Positions 40,996 through 50,605 of a stretch of 64,000 nucleotides of DNA are shown in pieces. This stretch comes from Candidatus Aenigmatarchaeota archaeon (GTDB taxonomy: Archaea; Aenigmatarchaeota; Aenigmatarchaeia; QMZP01; QMZT01). Location of the stretch: positions 64,001-128,000 of the forward strand of contig JAPLVC010000006.1 of NCBI GenBank assembly GCA_026397315.1, in the 5' to 3' direction. Position 1 is the first letter of the stretch; the number at the start of each line of letters is the position of its first letter. The notes beneath the pieces were generated by a model. The model was given only the letters and a program-made list of their open reading frames with translations, was not told where the DNA came from and searched no databases. Made by a program: the position numbers and the translations under genes.

Positions 40996-42381
40996 ATGAT
41001 GTTGTTCTGTTTGCCTGAATTACCATGCTGGGACACAGATGCAGTGACGGCATTCATAGACAATGTCATCAAGCCGCCGATATACCATTCCAGCGATTTA
41101 ATCTTCAACACGATCCTGGTTTTCGCGACAATTTTTTCAGCGCTTTTCTACATTCTGGCCATAAACGGCGTTTTCTCCAGGCACAGAAAAAGGGAAGAGT
41201 ATGCCGAAATTCCGGAGAAAAAGCTGCCTTTCGTCACGATACAAATTCCGACTTTTAATGAGCCAGTCGCGCTACGCTGCGCAGAGAAATGTCTCGAATT
41301 CGACTACCCCAAAGACAAGTTCGAAATAATGATAGGCGACGACAGCAATGACGGGAAAACGAGCGACATGATAGACGCCTTCGCAGCGAAGCACAAGGGT
41401 CTCGTCAGGGTGATGCGCAGGCAGGACAACAAAGGCTACAAGGCGGGCAATCTCAACAACATGCTGCAGCATTCGAAAGGCGAGATAATAGCGATATTCG
41501 ACTCGGATTTCATCCCGACCAAGGACTTCCTGAAGAAAATATCCGCGCCATTCCAGGACAAGAACGTCGCCGGCGTCCAGGCGCGCTGGGAATTCATGAA
41601 CGCGGGCCAGAACCTGGTTTCCCGTCTATCCTCCAGCATTCTCATCGTTTACCACCACCTGACGCTGCCTCTCATAAACAGGTTTGGCATTTCCTTCATA
41701 TGCGGTTCCGCCGAAGCCGTAAGGAAAGACGTGCTGCTAAGACTGGGCGGATGGCAGAACGGCAGCCTGACTGAAGACACTGAATTTTCGATAAGAATAA
41801 TGGAGATGGGATACAAGAACGTCTATCTTCCGGACCTAGTCACACCAGGTGAAAGTCCGTTCACGTTCAAGGGTTTCAGGCGCCAGCAGATGCGCTGGGC
41901 ATATGGCACGATACGCGCTTTCATTGACCACAGGAAGCAGATATTTTTCAACAAGAACTTCGACATCAAGCAGAGGCTAATGTTGTTCTTCGTGCTCCTG
42001 GGCTACGTCACCGCGCCGCTACTGGCATTGCTTTTCGTCTCCGGTTGCATATCCTTCATCACCAACGTTCCGGGCCCCATAGACTGGGTCGAATTCACCA
42101 GGTCGATGAGCAGGAATATCGCTCTAACGTCCGGATTCATAGCCGCCAGCGTCGTGGCGCTTAAAAAGAACAAAAGATTGTCCATGTTTCCCCAGCTGCT
42201 CGTATCATCCTTCACGGTAGGCATACTGATTACATTCTCGGTATCGCTAGCGATATTCAAGGCTGTCGTCAAAAGGCCCATGGAATGGTACATGATACAG
42301 AAAACAGGGAACCAGCAATACTCGCTGATTAACGCCGACGCGGCAGGCATGCCGTCCATAAAAGGCACATTATCAAAATGA
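40996..42381 (+). CDS. Processive GT2 glycosyltransferase (cellulose synthase/CslA-like)
   Basis: QIPTFNE, DDS, KAGNLN, FDSDF, TED, QQMRW. Confidence 0.88.
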   Translation: MMLFCLPELPCWDTDAVTAFIDNVIKPPIYHSSDLIFNTILVFATIFSALFYILAINGVFSRHRKREEYAEIPEKKLPFVTIQIPTFNEPVALRCAEKCLEFDYPKDKFEIMIGDDSNDGKTSDMIDAFAAKHKGLVRVMRRQDNKGYKAGNLNNMLQHSKGEIIAIFDSDFIPTKDFLKKISAPFQDKNVAGVQARWEFMNAGQNLVSRLSSSILIVYHHLTLPLINRFGISFICGSAEAVRKDVLLRLGGWQNGSLTEDTEFSIRIMEMGYKNVYLPDLVTPGESPFTFKGFRRQQMRWAYGTIRAFIDHRKQIFFNKNFDIKQRLMLFFVLLGYVTAPLLALLFVSGCISFITNVPGPIDWVEFTRSMSRNIALTSGFIAASVVALKKNKRLSMFPQLLVSSFTVGILITFSVSLAIFKAVVKRPMEWYMIQKTGNQQYSLINADAAGMPSIKGTLSK

Positions 42382-42430
42382 CTGCGCTGCTATTTCATGT
42401 TATTTTAAAACGCGCCTGCAAATTTATACC

Positions 42431-43804
42431 ATGGAAGATTTTTCCAGATATTTGATTCTCTCGTTGATTGCCGTCTCTTTCATCGCCAAGGTAATCCTTG
42501 TTTTTGCAAACCAGGGCTTGTGGTGGGATGAAGCGGTTTACATGGGTCTGGGCAGGGGGATAGCGAACGGTTTCTACTCGCTCGATCAGGGCACCAACAT
42601 AGAATCGTTCAGGCCTCCGCTGTTCCCGTTTCTGATTTTCCCGCTTTCAGAAAGCATACTCGCCGTCAGGTTTTTTGTCGTCTTGATGTCTGTCATCTCC
42701 GTTCTGGCGGCTTACTATCTGACAAAGGAAATGTTCGGCAAGGACTGCGCGTTATGGACGTCGCTATTCGTTTCAGCGAGCCAGCTGTTCGTTTTCTTCA
42801 GCACGAAAGCGCTTACAGAGCCGCTTTTCATATCGCTGGTTTCGTTTTCGCTCCTGTTTTTCATCAAAGGCGGAAAGGGATACAAAACTCATGCGTTGTT
42901 GTCGGGAGCGCTAGCAGGCCTGGCGCTTATAACGCGCTATCTGGGCACAATTCTTCTGCTCGCGTATGCGCTTTATCTCGTTTTCCTTCTCTGGAAAAGG
43001 GACGATATCAGAAAAGCGCTCGCAAAATATGCGCTTTTTTGCCTCGGCCTTTCGCTAGCGACGGTGCCGTGGCTGGCCATGAGCTACGCCTATTACGGCA
43101 ATCCGCTGGGCGCATACTTCACCAATATGGCGATATACGCTTCGTCGATGCCATCCGGCCTGTTTGATTATCTGGCCGGTTTTTACGAGTTTTCCGGGCC
43201 GATGGTAGTGTTTTATGTTCTCGGTCTCTATGCCATGCTAAAAGTGAAAAGAAAGGACAAAATCCTGCTATTCCTGCTGTTCTGCCTGCCCATAATATTC
43301 TATGTCCTAGCGCCTCACAAGGAGCCCAGGTATATGCTCTCATATGCCTCGGTTTACGCGCTGTTCTCGGGCCTGGCGCTGACGCACAAGTTCAAGTTTG
43401 CAGGCAAAAGCATACAATATCTCGCTATCCTTGCGTGCATTGTATGCCTCGTTACTGGCATAAGTTTCATATGGAATGACAGGCAGAACGGCGAAGGTCT
43501 CGTGACGGCTGCGAATTACCTGAAAGGCATTACGGGCGCGAAGGACATGGTGATGACGGAATCCTATCCCTATACATATTATTTCTCGGAAAGAAGGACC
43601 ATAAGGTTCCCTGCAAATGCTGAAGACGTGAATAAAACGATAGAGTCAAATGACATAAAATACGTTCTGCTTTACAAGTTTGAGCCCGGCAATCCAGCGT
43701 ACGTGACGAGTTATTTCGAAAGCGATGCTAGGTTTTCCCGTCTTATGTCGTTCAGCCAGTGGGGCGACCAGGAGGCCGTGGTCATATACAAAGTCATTAA
43801 ATAA
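42431..43804 (+). CDS. GT-C (ArnT/PMT family) glycosyltransferase
   Basis: WWDEAVY, RPPLFP, KEPRY, multiple TMs. Confidence 0.82.
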   Translation: MEDFSRYLILSLIAVSFIAKVILVFANQGLWWDEAVYMGLGRGIANGFYSLDQGTNIESFRPPLFPFLIFPLSESILAVRFFVVLMSVISVLAAYYLTKEMFGKDCALWTSLFVSASQLFVFFSTKALTEPLFISLVSFSLLFFIKGGKGYKTHALLSGALAGLALITRYLGTILLLAYALYLVFLLWKRDDIRKALAKYALFCLGLSLATVPWLAMSYAYYGNPLGAYFTNMAIYASSMPSGLFDYLAGFYEFSGPMVVFYVLGLYAMLKVKRKDKILLFLLFCLPIIFYVLAPHKEPRYMLSYASVYALFSGLALTHKFKFAGKSIQYLAILACIVCLVTGISFIWNDRQNGEGLVTAANYLKGITGAKDMVMTESYPYTYYFSERRTIRFPANAEDVNKTIESNDIKYVLLYKFEPGNPAYVTSYFESDARFSRLMSFSQWGDQEAVVIYKVIK

Positions 43805-43836
43805 AATCTTTTAAATCCAATTTTGAATCCTAATTT

Positions 43837-43959
43837 ATGGACTTTGTACATTTTCTAGCCCCTTTCATGATGTCCAAACAATGTCCAAAATGCCATGCAT
43901 TGCATCCTAGTTGGTGCAACAAATGTATGTGGTGCGGTATCGATTTAGAAAAGCGATAA
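43837..43959 (+). CDS. Putative 40-aa zinc-ribbon microprotein (not in ORF track)
   Basis: MDFVHFLAPFMMSKQCPKCHALHPSWCNKCMWCGIDLEKR; TTTTAAA box about 25 nt upstream. Confidence 0.55.
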   Translation: MDFVHFLAPFMMSKQCPKCHALHPSWCNKCMWCGIDLEKR

Positions 43960-44045
43960 ACCCTTCCTTGCAGACTAACGTCTGAATAGAAAAAATAAAA
44001 GAAAAGGGAAGGGGCAAATGCCCCAATTAATTTACGTCGGTTAAA

Positions 44046-46388
44046 TTACGCTGCGCCTTTGTACTGAGCGACTGCGCCAAGCGCCTTGAACTCGGTCGGC
44101 TTAATAGCTTTGTTGGCTATCAAGTTTCTCGTGTCCTGAGCACTCGTGCCAGCGACGATCAGTGCTTTCTTGCCGGAACCGAAGATGTTCTCAACAACCT
44201 GGATCAGACCCTTTCCGTTGTCTTTAAGGTCAGCGTCTGCAAGCCAAGCTGCACAAGAGTCTGTCGAGCTCCACGCAGTGTCAAGCAAAGTCTTCACAAG
44301 CGCGTTCGCGCATGGACCACCCACAAGGATAAGATCCTTGTCGAGAGCGGCTGTCTGCGTTACCTCGCTCGGGAACTTCGCTATCGGGTTCGTTACAGGG
44401 ACTGCCGCATTGTATGTTCCGCCTGCAGCTCCTGCGCTTGTTGATAGCACTGGATTCGTTCCGATGGCTATGTTTGCCGGTGCAGGTCTCTGATATGGGG
44501 CGTACAAGGAAACGCTGTTCTTGCCGTTGTTGTCTCCAGATACATAGACATAGCTGCCGTAATTGCTTATGCTTTTCCACTCGTTAGCAGTTCCAACCTG
44601 CGTCGGGTCTGGCGTAACGGTGAATTTTACACCGGAAGTTGTGCTGTGTGTCGCGTTAACCCAGAACTTCGTTGCTGTCGGGTCGTTGCCGCCTGTCAGC
44701 GAGTACAACGGTACTTCGTCTATGTACGCTGCGCCTACGTGCGTCAGGTCTATCTTCGCGCCGCCCTCGGTCGTTATGTTCACCTGTGCAAGGTTGTATG
44801 TCGAACCACCGTCAAGGCTTACACAAAGCGTCTTGTCGCCGTATATCTGGACGTCGAAGCTCGTGGAGCCTATCATAAGGTCCTCTGAGCTCGGGTATAC
44901 CTTGTAGTTTTGGTTTGACGAAAGGTCCGTTAAGGTCACGTACGTTTTTGACGAATCCGAGTTGTCGTAGCTGTAAGAGGCGTATTTCAGTATGTATGAG
45001 TAATCGCCGCTCGAAGCTACGAAGTAGTCGCCCTTCGTTATGTTGTTGGCCGTAACTGCGCCTGTGGTGTTGCACTCCTGTGTCCAGAACTTGTATGCGC
45101 TGTTGACATATTTGGACATCAGTCCAGATGCGCCGTAGAACACTGGTATGTTCGTGTACTGCATGCCGTCCTGGTTCTTGAACGACAACTTGACATTCGA
45201 AGAGTCCGAAAGTAACTTTATCAGGTCTCTTGAACTGTCCGTTATGCTAGGTGTCATTCCGCCAAGCACTGTCTTGAACGAACCGAAGACTGGATCCACA
45301 AACGGCACTCCTTCCGCCACAGCCACGTCGTCGTCCGGGTAGACTTGGAATGTTATCGAGTTTATCTTGGTCGTGGTGTTCGTGAAGTACACATATGTGT
45401 TCTTCGTCACGTCGTTCTTCTCTATCGCTGCGCCGTTTTCCAACTTCAGCTTGTCTGTTCCGACGAAAAGTTTTACCATACCTGTCGAATCTGTTCCGCC
45501 AGTTTGTATCACGTCAATAGACTGCACGTAGAATTTGACGCCACCTACCGTGTAAGTGCCTGCCTCGTTCCACGTGTATGAGACACCGTTGACTACTATG
45601 TATGCCTTGTCTACTGTTCCAGCGTACCAGCCGTTCAGTTTTATGGTGAACGATGTTCCGCCGACGTCGACAGTTTTCTCGTCGCCTGCTCCGCTAAGGT
45701 CAAGAACCTGCGCTCCTACCGAAGAGTACATCTCAAGCGTGTTGATGTCGTGTGTGTTGCCGAACGTGTAGTCCTTGCCGAACAGCTTCATGCCGTATGT
45801 CGTGTCTACTGCCGACGGGTCAAGACCACCGATGAACGTCACTGTCAGGTTGTACGGGGTTGTCGACATTGATATCGGCATGTACAGAATCGGGTCTGTT
45901 TCTCCGCTTGGGACGCCGAATGTCGCGTATACCGCTGTGTTAGGCACTATCTTCTGCGTTACTGTCGAAGTCGTCGAGTTCGAGTCAGTGAACGTGCTCT
46001 TTACCAAAAGGTCCGGAAGGTCCGTCTCTGTTATGACACTCTTGGCGGCGCTAAGGTTGCCCGGTGCACCAAGGTATGTTTTCTTAAGATCGCTGTCTAT
46101 CAGCACACCACCAGTCACGCCTGTCGCTGCGCCTGTTGAAGGTATTTGCTTAATTTCGATGGCATAGTTCGAGACCAAGCTCGCTGCTATGTCCGCTGCA
46201 CCAAGAACGTCAGTCGTGTCCACGCCAGCTCCGACCACTATGACCGGAGATGTAAGTGTACCGCCGCTCACGGTTACGAACTCGCCCATGCCTTTATCGA
46301 AAGTTGTCGCTGCCAATGCTCCTCCTGCTATTATTGTAGCTCCTATTACTGCAGTTATTCCTCCTGCAATCAATCTCTTTATTTTCAT
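44046..46388 (-). CDS. S-layer protein
   Basis: MKIKRL signal, VVGAG...DVLGAADIA N-domain, LILVGGPCANALV and LIVAGTSAQDT C-domain, many NxS/T sequons; TATA upstream, T-rich terminator. Confidence 0.9.
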   Translation of the reverse strand: MKIKRLIAGGITAVIGATIIAGGALAATTFDKGMGEFVTVSGGTLTSPVIVVGAGVDTTDVLGAADIAASLVSNYAIEIKQIPSTGAATGVTGGVLIDSDLKKTYLGAPGNLSAAKSVITETDLPDLLVKSTFTDSNSTTSTVTQKIVPNTAVYATFGVPSGETDPILYMPISMSTTPYNLTVTFIGGLDPSAVDTTYGMKLFGKDYTFGNTHDINTLEMYSSVGAQVLDLSGAGDEKTVDVGGTSFTIKLNGWYAGTVDKAYIVVNGVSYTWNEAGTYTVGGVKFYVQSIDVIQTGGTDSTGMVKLFVGTDKLKLENGAAIEKNDVTKNTYVYFTNTTTKINSITFQVYPDDDVAVAEGVPFVDPVFGSFKTVLGGMTPSITDSSRDLIKLLSDSSNVKLSFKNQDGMQYTNIPVFYGASGLMSKYVNSAYKFWTQECNTTGAVTANNITKGDYFVASSGDYSYILKYASYSYDNSDSSKTYVTLTDLSSNQNYKVYPSSEDLMIGSTSFDVQIYGDKTLCVSLDGGSTYNLAQVNITTEGGAKIDLTHVGAAYIDEVPLYSLTGGNDPTATKFWVNATHSTTSGVKFTVTPDPTQVGTANEWKSISNYGSYVYVSGDNNGKNSVSLYAPYQRPAPANIAIGTNPVLSTSAGAAGGTYNAAVPVTNPIAKFPSEVTQTAALDKDLILVGGPCANALVKTLLDTAWSSTDSCAAWLADADLKDNGKGLIQVVENIFGSGKKALIVAGTSAQDTRNLIANKAIKPTEFKALGAVAQYKGAA

Positions 46389-46621
46389 AATTTCCTCCTA
46401 GTTTTAAACATCAAACCCCAAATGAAAGCCTATTGTTAGACCTTCTTGGGTTCGAGTCTTGAAATTACTTTGCCGAAGGGGGTATATATAAGTTGTATGA
46501 AACAGTTGCGAAACAATGAAAACACTATCTTTAAACCGTTTTTATCGTTCCAAATATGATAAAAACATATTTTTATCGTTCCAAAAGGCCTAAAAATGCT
46601 TTATTTTTAAAAATAAGTCAT

Positions 46622-47464
46622 TTAAACGAATAAAAATATAAGATCTCCACAGAATATCGTTATGACTATGGTGATTACGAATACGGGGGCGAATCTCACG
46701 CCTTCCTTTATCCACACGTGCTTGCTTTTCTTCCTGAGCGCGGCTATATCCTTTTTGTTCAGGCCTTTCCATCTCCCGTCAAGCGCCACGTCGCCTTCCC
46801 TGAGTTCGGAAGTCCTGACTTTTTTCTTGAAAAGGTGCTTCTCGACGACCTTTGCGTAGTATGAGAACAGCAGCACGAACGTGAGCAGGAAAGGCAGGAA
46901 TATGAACTGGGCCATGCTGACAGGGTTTGCGCTTGCGGAAGGCATTGTTGTCATGAAGAAAGCGAAGGACCACGAGAACACGAAGAAAAACGCCACCATT
47001 GATATTAGCTTTATTTTATGTTCCTTGAGATGCTGCACGTATTTGCTATTGACGGACCTGTGCCTCAGGCCCAGGTAAACGGAATATGCTATAAGATATA
47101 CAAGTGAGACCAGCAGGAAGTTGAAAAGCATCGCTAGCGGGAACGGGAGCGCGGTAGCGACGCCGAATTCCAGCTGCTCCGGCAGAAGGAAGCCCATTGC
47201 CCCGAGCAGCCATGCGTCACCGTCGCCCCATTGCCTGGCGAAATACAACAAAAGGCCTATCGCTAGAAACGCGAGGCCTATGAATATCGAGCTAGTCAGT
47301 ATCATCCAGTCTCCCGTAACGAAAGAGAACACACTCCTCACACACAGAGACAATATTATTATAGAATATGGTAGCCAGTCCGGGAACTCTGTCGTCTTTA
47401 AATCCCAGTAGGCTCCTAGGCCGAAGCCCGCCAGGCCTATCGCCAAAAGTATAATGTCGAGCAT
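46622..47464 (-). CDS. A24 family prepilin/prearchaellin peptidase
   Basis: WDLKTTEFPD, WGDGDAWLL, EGVRFAPVF. Confidence 0.88.
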   Translation of the reverse strand: MLDIILLAIGLAGFGLGAYWDLKTTEFPDWLPYSIIILSLCVRSVFSFVTGDWMILTSSIFIGLAFLAIGLLLYFARQWGDGDAWLLGAMGFLLPEQLEFGVATALPFPLAMLFNFLLVSLVYLIAYSVYLGLRHRSVNSKYVQHLKEHKIKLISMVAFFFVFSWSFAFFMTTMPSASANPVSMAQFIFLPFLLTFVLLFSYYAKVVEKHLFKKKVRTSELREGDVALDGRWKGLNKKDIAALRKKSKHVWIKEGVRFAPVFVITIVITIFCGDLIFLFV

Positions 47465-47530
47465 AATAATGTTACCGTGTTTTTGATAAACCTTTTATTA
47501 CGTTTTTCGCTAAAGCCCTTTTAAGACTCG

Positions 47531-47563
47531 TTTTCTGCTTAAGCTCTTTCCTAAAGAGCTTAA
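47531..47563 (-). repeat. Truncated copy of the palindromic element, immediately 3' of tRNA-Pro
   Basis: Minus strand TTAAGCTCTTTAGGAAAGAGCTTAAGCAGAAAA. Confidence 0.85.
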
Positions 47564-47723
47564 TGGGGTCGCTGAGATTCGAACTCAGGTCGCAGGCTCC
47601 CGAAGCCTGAATGCTAAACCATTGCAGAGCCCTTTTCACTTGGAAGCGAAAGCAGCGAAGCGGATTGAAGCTCCTTTCTGCTTAAGCTCTTTCTTGAAAA
47701 GAGCTTAGCTACACCACGACCCC
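47564..47723 (-). tRNA. tRNA-Pro(CGG) with an 85-nt D-loop intron (47622-47706, position about 17/17a)
   Basis: Spliced GGGGTCG TG GTGT AGCT|TGGTTTA GCAT T CAGGC TTCGGGA GCCTG CGAC CTGAG TTCGAAT CTCAG CGACCCC A; helix GTAG/CTGC, bulges CT^A and AA^T, stem AGCTCTTTTCA/TGAAAAGGGCT. Confidence 0.9.
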
Positions 47724-47797
47724 GTGGCGTCGTCGCGCCTATTGATAGATAGTATTGCAATTATAATATTAAAAATAAAAGGGGAAGAAAAGGCGCT

Positions 47798-49981
47798 TTA
47801 CTGGTCTGTTATGCCCTTTCTCTGCTTTATCTGGCCTATGACCCTGGGTTCGAGTTCCCTGGGCATCGGCTCGTAGATGACGTCTATGAGCCAGTAGAAG
47901 CCCTTGCCGCCTGTCGATGACTTGAGGGCGGAGTTGAAGCCGAACATCTCGGCGACGGGCAGTTTTGCGGTAATCGTAGTCGTGCCGCGTTCCTCGCTCA
48001 TCTCCAGTATCTGGCCTCTCCTGTTCTGGACCTCTTTCATGGCGCCGCTCATCTGCTCCGAAGGGACGTCTATCCTGATCACCTGCTTGGGCTCAAGTAT
48101 GAAAGCCTTCGCAGCGATCATAGATTCTCTTACGGCAGCTCTGACAGCGGGTATGACCTGCGCCGGGCCTCTGTGTATGGCGTCCTCGTGAAGCTTCGCG
48201 TCGACAATTTTTATCTTCACTGCATCGCACGGCTCCTTCGCCAGCGGGCCCTCGTCCATCGCTTCCACAAACGACTCCTTGAGCATTTCCATGACTTCAA
48301 GGATCGAGTGGACTCCTCGCGTCGCGTCCACGAACATGTTCCTGTTGTGTATGAGCTTGATTTTCTTCGCCTCGTCGCGGTCGAAGCCGAGCTTTATGAG
48401 CTTGTCTTGGATTTCGACTTCCTTTTTCTTGAGTTCCAGCGTCGAGGGAATGTCGCCTCTCACCATGGCCTCGTGTATCTTCGGGTCGAGCGGCTCTGCC
48501 ATGATATAGAACCTGTTGTGCTTGTTGGGCGATTTGCCTTCGACTGCCTCAGGGCTTGTGCTCCTCACGGATTCCCTGTAAATGACGATGGGCGGAGATA
48601 CATCGACTTCTATTTCCGCGTCCTTTAGCGGGCGCTCTATCTTCGCGTCAATGTGCAGTTCGCCCAGGCCGGAAACGAGATATTCGCCCGTCTCCTCGTT
48701 AATCTTGACCCTGAGCGTCGGGTCTTCTTTGGCGACTCGTCTCAGGAAATCGATGAGCTTTGTCAGTTGCTGCGGCTTCTTGGGTTCTATCGCCTTGACC
48801 ACGACCGGTTCGAAGATGTGCGTTATCGACTCGAAACCTGGTATGGGGTTTTCAGGGTCGCAGATGGTTTCACCGGAGAACGAGTCTTTCAGGCCGACTA
48901 TGCCGACGATGTTGCCTGCGTCGACCTCTTCCATGCTTATTCTCTGCGCTCCCTTGTAAACGGAAACCTGCTGGACCTTCTGCGACTTTGCCATGCCGAC
49001 CAGATAAACTTCCTGGCCGACTTTCATCTTGCCCGAGAAAATCCTGACAGTTGCGACGTAGCCTGCATGCGGGTCCGGGTAGAGTTTCGTCACGATAGCC
49101 GCGAGCTTGCCGTTCGGGTTGCAGCTTGCCATGTCTTTCCCTACCTCGGAATCCTTCTCGCCCGGCCATATCCTCGGTATCCTGTATTTCTGCGCGTTGA
49201 GCGGGTTGGGCAGGTGCGTGATTATCATGTCAAGGACAATGCTGTGGAGCGGGGCGAGCTTCGCCAGCTCCTTCTCGCCTTCGGGACCCTTTTCAGTGTA
49301 GTCGATTATGTCCTTGAAAGTCATCTTGGACTTCATCATGAACGGGACGGAAATCGCCCAGTTCTTGACAGCCGAACCGAAGGCGACGCTGCCGTCGTTG
49401 ACGTTCGTGACGCACTTGTCGGCGAACTCTTTCTCCGCGTATTTCTGGATGAGAGCATTGACGTCAGTGATTATTTTTTTGAACCTCTCCTGCATCTGCT
49501 CTGGCGTGAGCTTGAGCTCTTTTATCAGCCTGTCGACTTTGTTGATGAAAAGAACCGGTTTTACGCGTTCTCTAAGCGCCTGGCGGATGACAGTCTCCGT
49601 CTGCGGCATCACGGCCTCGACTGCGTCTATAATCACTATTACGCCGTCGACCGCGCGCATCGCTCTCGTCACGTCGCCGCCGAAGTCCACGTGACCCGGA
49701 GTATCTATAAGGTTAATGAGGTAGTTTTCGCCGTGGAACTCGTGAACCATGCTTGCGTTGGCAGCGAATATCGTAATGCCACGCTCCTGTTCCTGCTCGT
49801 CGAAGTCCATAGCCAGCTGCTTGCCTGCAAGTTCCTGCGATATCATGCCCGCGCCTGCGAGCAGGTTGTCGGAGAACGTAGTCTTGCCGTGGTCTATGTG
49901 GGCGACGATGCCTATGTTGCGGATTTTTTCCGGCTTAAGCATAAGGTCCCTGATTGTTGAAGTCACATCTTTTGTTGCCAT
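47798..49981 (-). CDS. fusA: Elongation factor 2
   Basis: AHIDHGKTT, RGITI, DTPGHVDF, NKVD, diphthamide loop HEDAIHRG. Confidence 0.98.
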   Translation of the reverse strand: MATKDVTSTIRDLMLKPEKIRNIGIVAHIDHGKTTFSDNLLAGAGMISQELAGKQLAMDFDEQEQERGITIFAANASMVHEFHGENYLINLIDTPGHVDFGGDVTRAMRAVDGVIVIIDAVEAVMPQTETVIRQALRERVKPVLFINKVDRLIKELKLTPEQMQERFKKIITDVNALIQKYAEKEFADKCVTNVNDGSVAFGSAVKNWAISVPFMMKSKMTFKDIIDYTEKGPEGEKELAKLAPLHSIVLDMIITHLPNPLNAQKYRIPRIWPGEKDSEVGKDMASCNPNGKLAAIVTKLYPDPHAGYVATVRIFSGKMKVGQEVYLVGMAKSQKVQQVSVYKGAQRISMEEVDAGNIVGIVGLKDSFSGETICDPENPIPGFESITHIFEPVVVKAIEPKKPQQLTKLIDFLRRVAKEDPTLRVKINEETGEYLVSGLGELHIDAKIERPLKDAEIEVDVSPPIVIYRESVRSTSPEAVEGKSPNKHNRFYIMAEPLDPKIHEAMVRGDIPSTLELKKKEVEIQDKLIKLGFDRDEAKKIKLIHNRNMFVDATRGVHSILEVMEMLKESFVEAMDEGPLAKEPCDAVKIKIVDAKLHEDAIHRGPAQVIPAVRAAVRESMIAAKAFILEPKQVIRIDVPSEQMSGAMKEVQNRRGQILEMSEERGTTTITAKLPVAEMFGFNSALKSSTGGKGFYWLIDVIYEPMPRELEPRVIGQIKQRKGITDQ

Positions 49982-50006
49982 AAAAACACCTGCCTATAGA
50001 AAAATT

Positions 50007-50603
50007 TTACCTGGCACCTTCCGCTTCCTTCTCGAGCCTCTGGCGCTCTCGAATTACGTTGCTTCTCTGGTCGTTCGCGGCTATCTCAATCAGCGAATCC
50101 GCAAGCACATTGGCAAAAGTTTTTTTGTTGTGGAAGGATTTGAAGAAAATTTCCTGGGCAATAAGCCTGAGGGCCATGTCCAGGCGTCGCTGAGGCGATA
50201 CGACGACCGCTTTTCGCGAAATCATGCCGCCGACCCTGTAGCCCATTACTTCCTCGTACATGGCGCCATTCTCTATGGCGTCGACGAGGACCTGTATCGG
50301 GTTCTTTTTCGTCTTGATCTCTATTATTGCGAAGCCGTCCCTGACGGAGCCGGCGATGTTCTGGTAGGTTCCAACCACATGGCCTGACGTAAGTTTATGC
50401 TTCTTGCCCTTGTGGCCCGGGACGAAAAGTTTTGTGATGAAACGCTCCACGATGCTCATCTTGACCTTGTGAATCGACATTGTCCCGTATTTGCCGTTTG
50501 TCTTCGGCACTACAATAGGCACGAGATTAACGTATTTCTTGAGGCCCTGGTCTTTTACCTGGACCGGGGAGAAATCCCACCTGTTGAAAAGAAGAATTGC
50601 CAT
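50007..50603 (-). CDS. rps7: 30S ribosomal protein S7
   Basis: LFNRWD, NPIQVLVDAIEN, VSPQRRLD. Confidence 0.95.
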   Translation of the reverse strand: MAILLFNRWDFSPVQVKDQGLKKYVNLVPIVVPKTNGKYGTMSIHKVKMSIVERFITKLFVPGHKGKKHKLTSGHVVGTYQNIAGSVRDGFAIIEIKTKKNPIQVLVDAIENGAMYEEVMGYRVGGMISRKAVVVSPQRRLDMALRLIAQEIFFKSFHNKKTFANVLADSLIEIAANDQRSNVIRERQRLEKEAEGAR

Positions 50604-50605
50604 AT

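Noticed and set aside
46520-46585. Direct repeat TTTTTATCGTTCCAAA (two copies) upstream of the S-layer promoter
   Set aside because: Could be a regulator site, but two short AT-rich copies are too little to call, and it is not a CRISPR remnant on this evidence.
48653-49960. 435-aa plus-strand ORF antisense to EF-2
   Set aside because: Typical antisense shadow of a codon-biased gene; no motifs.
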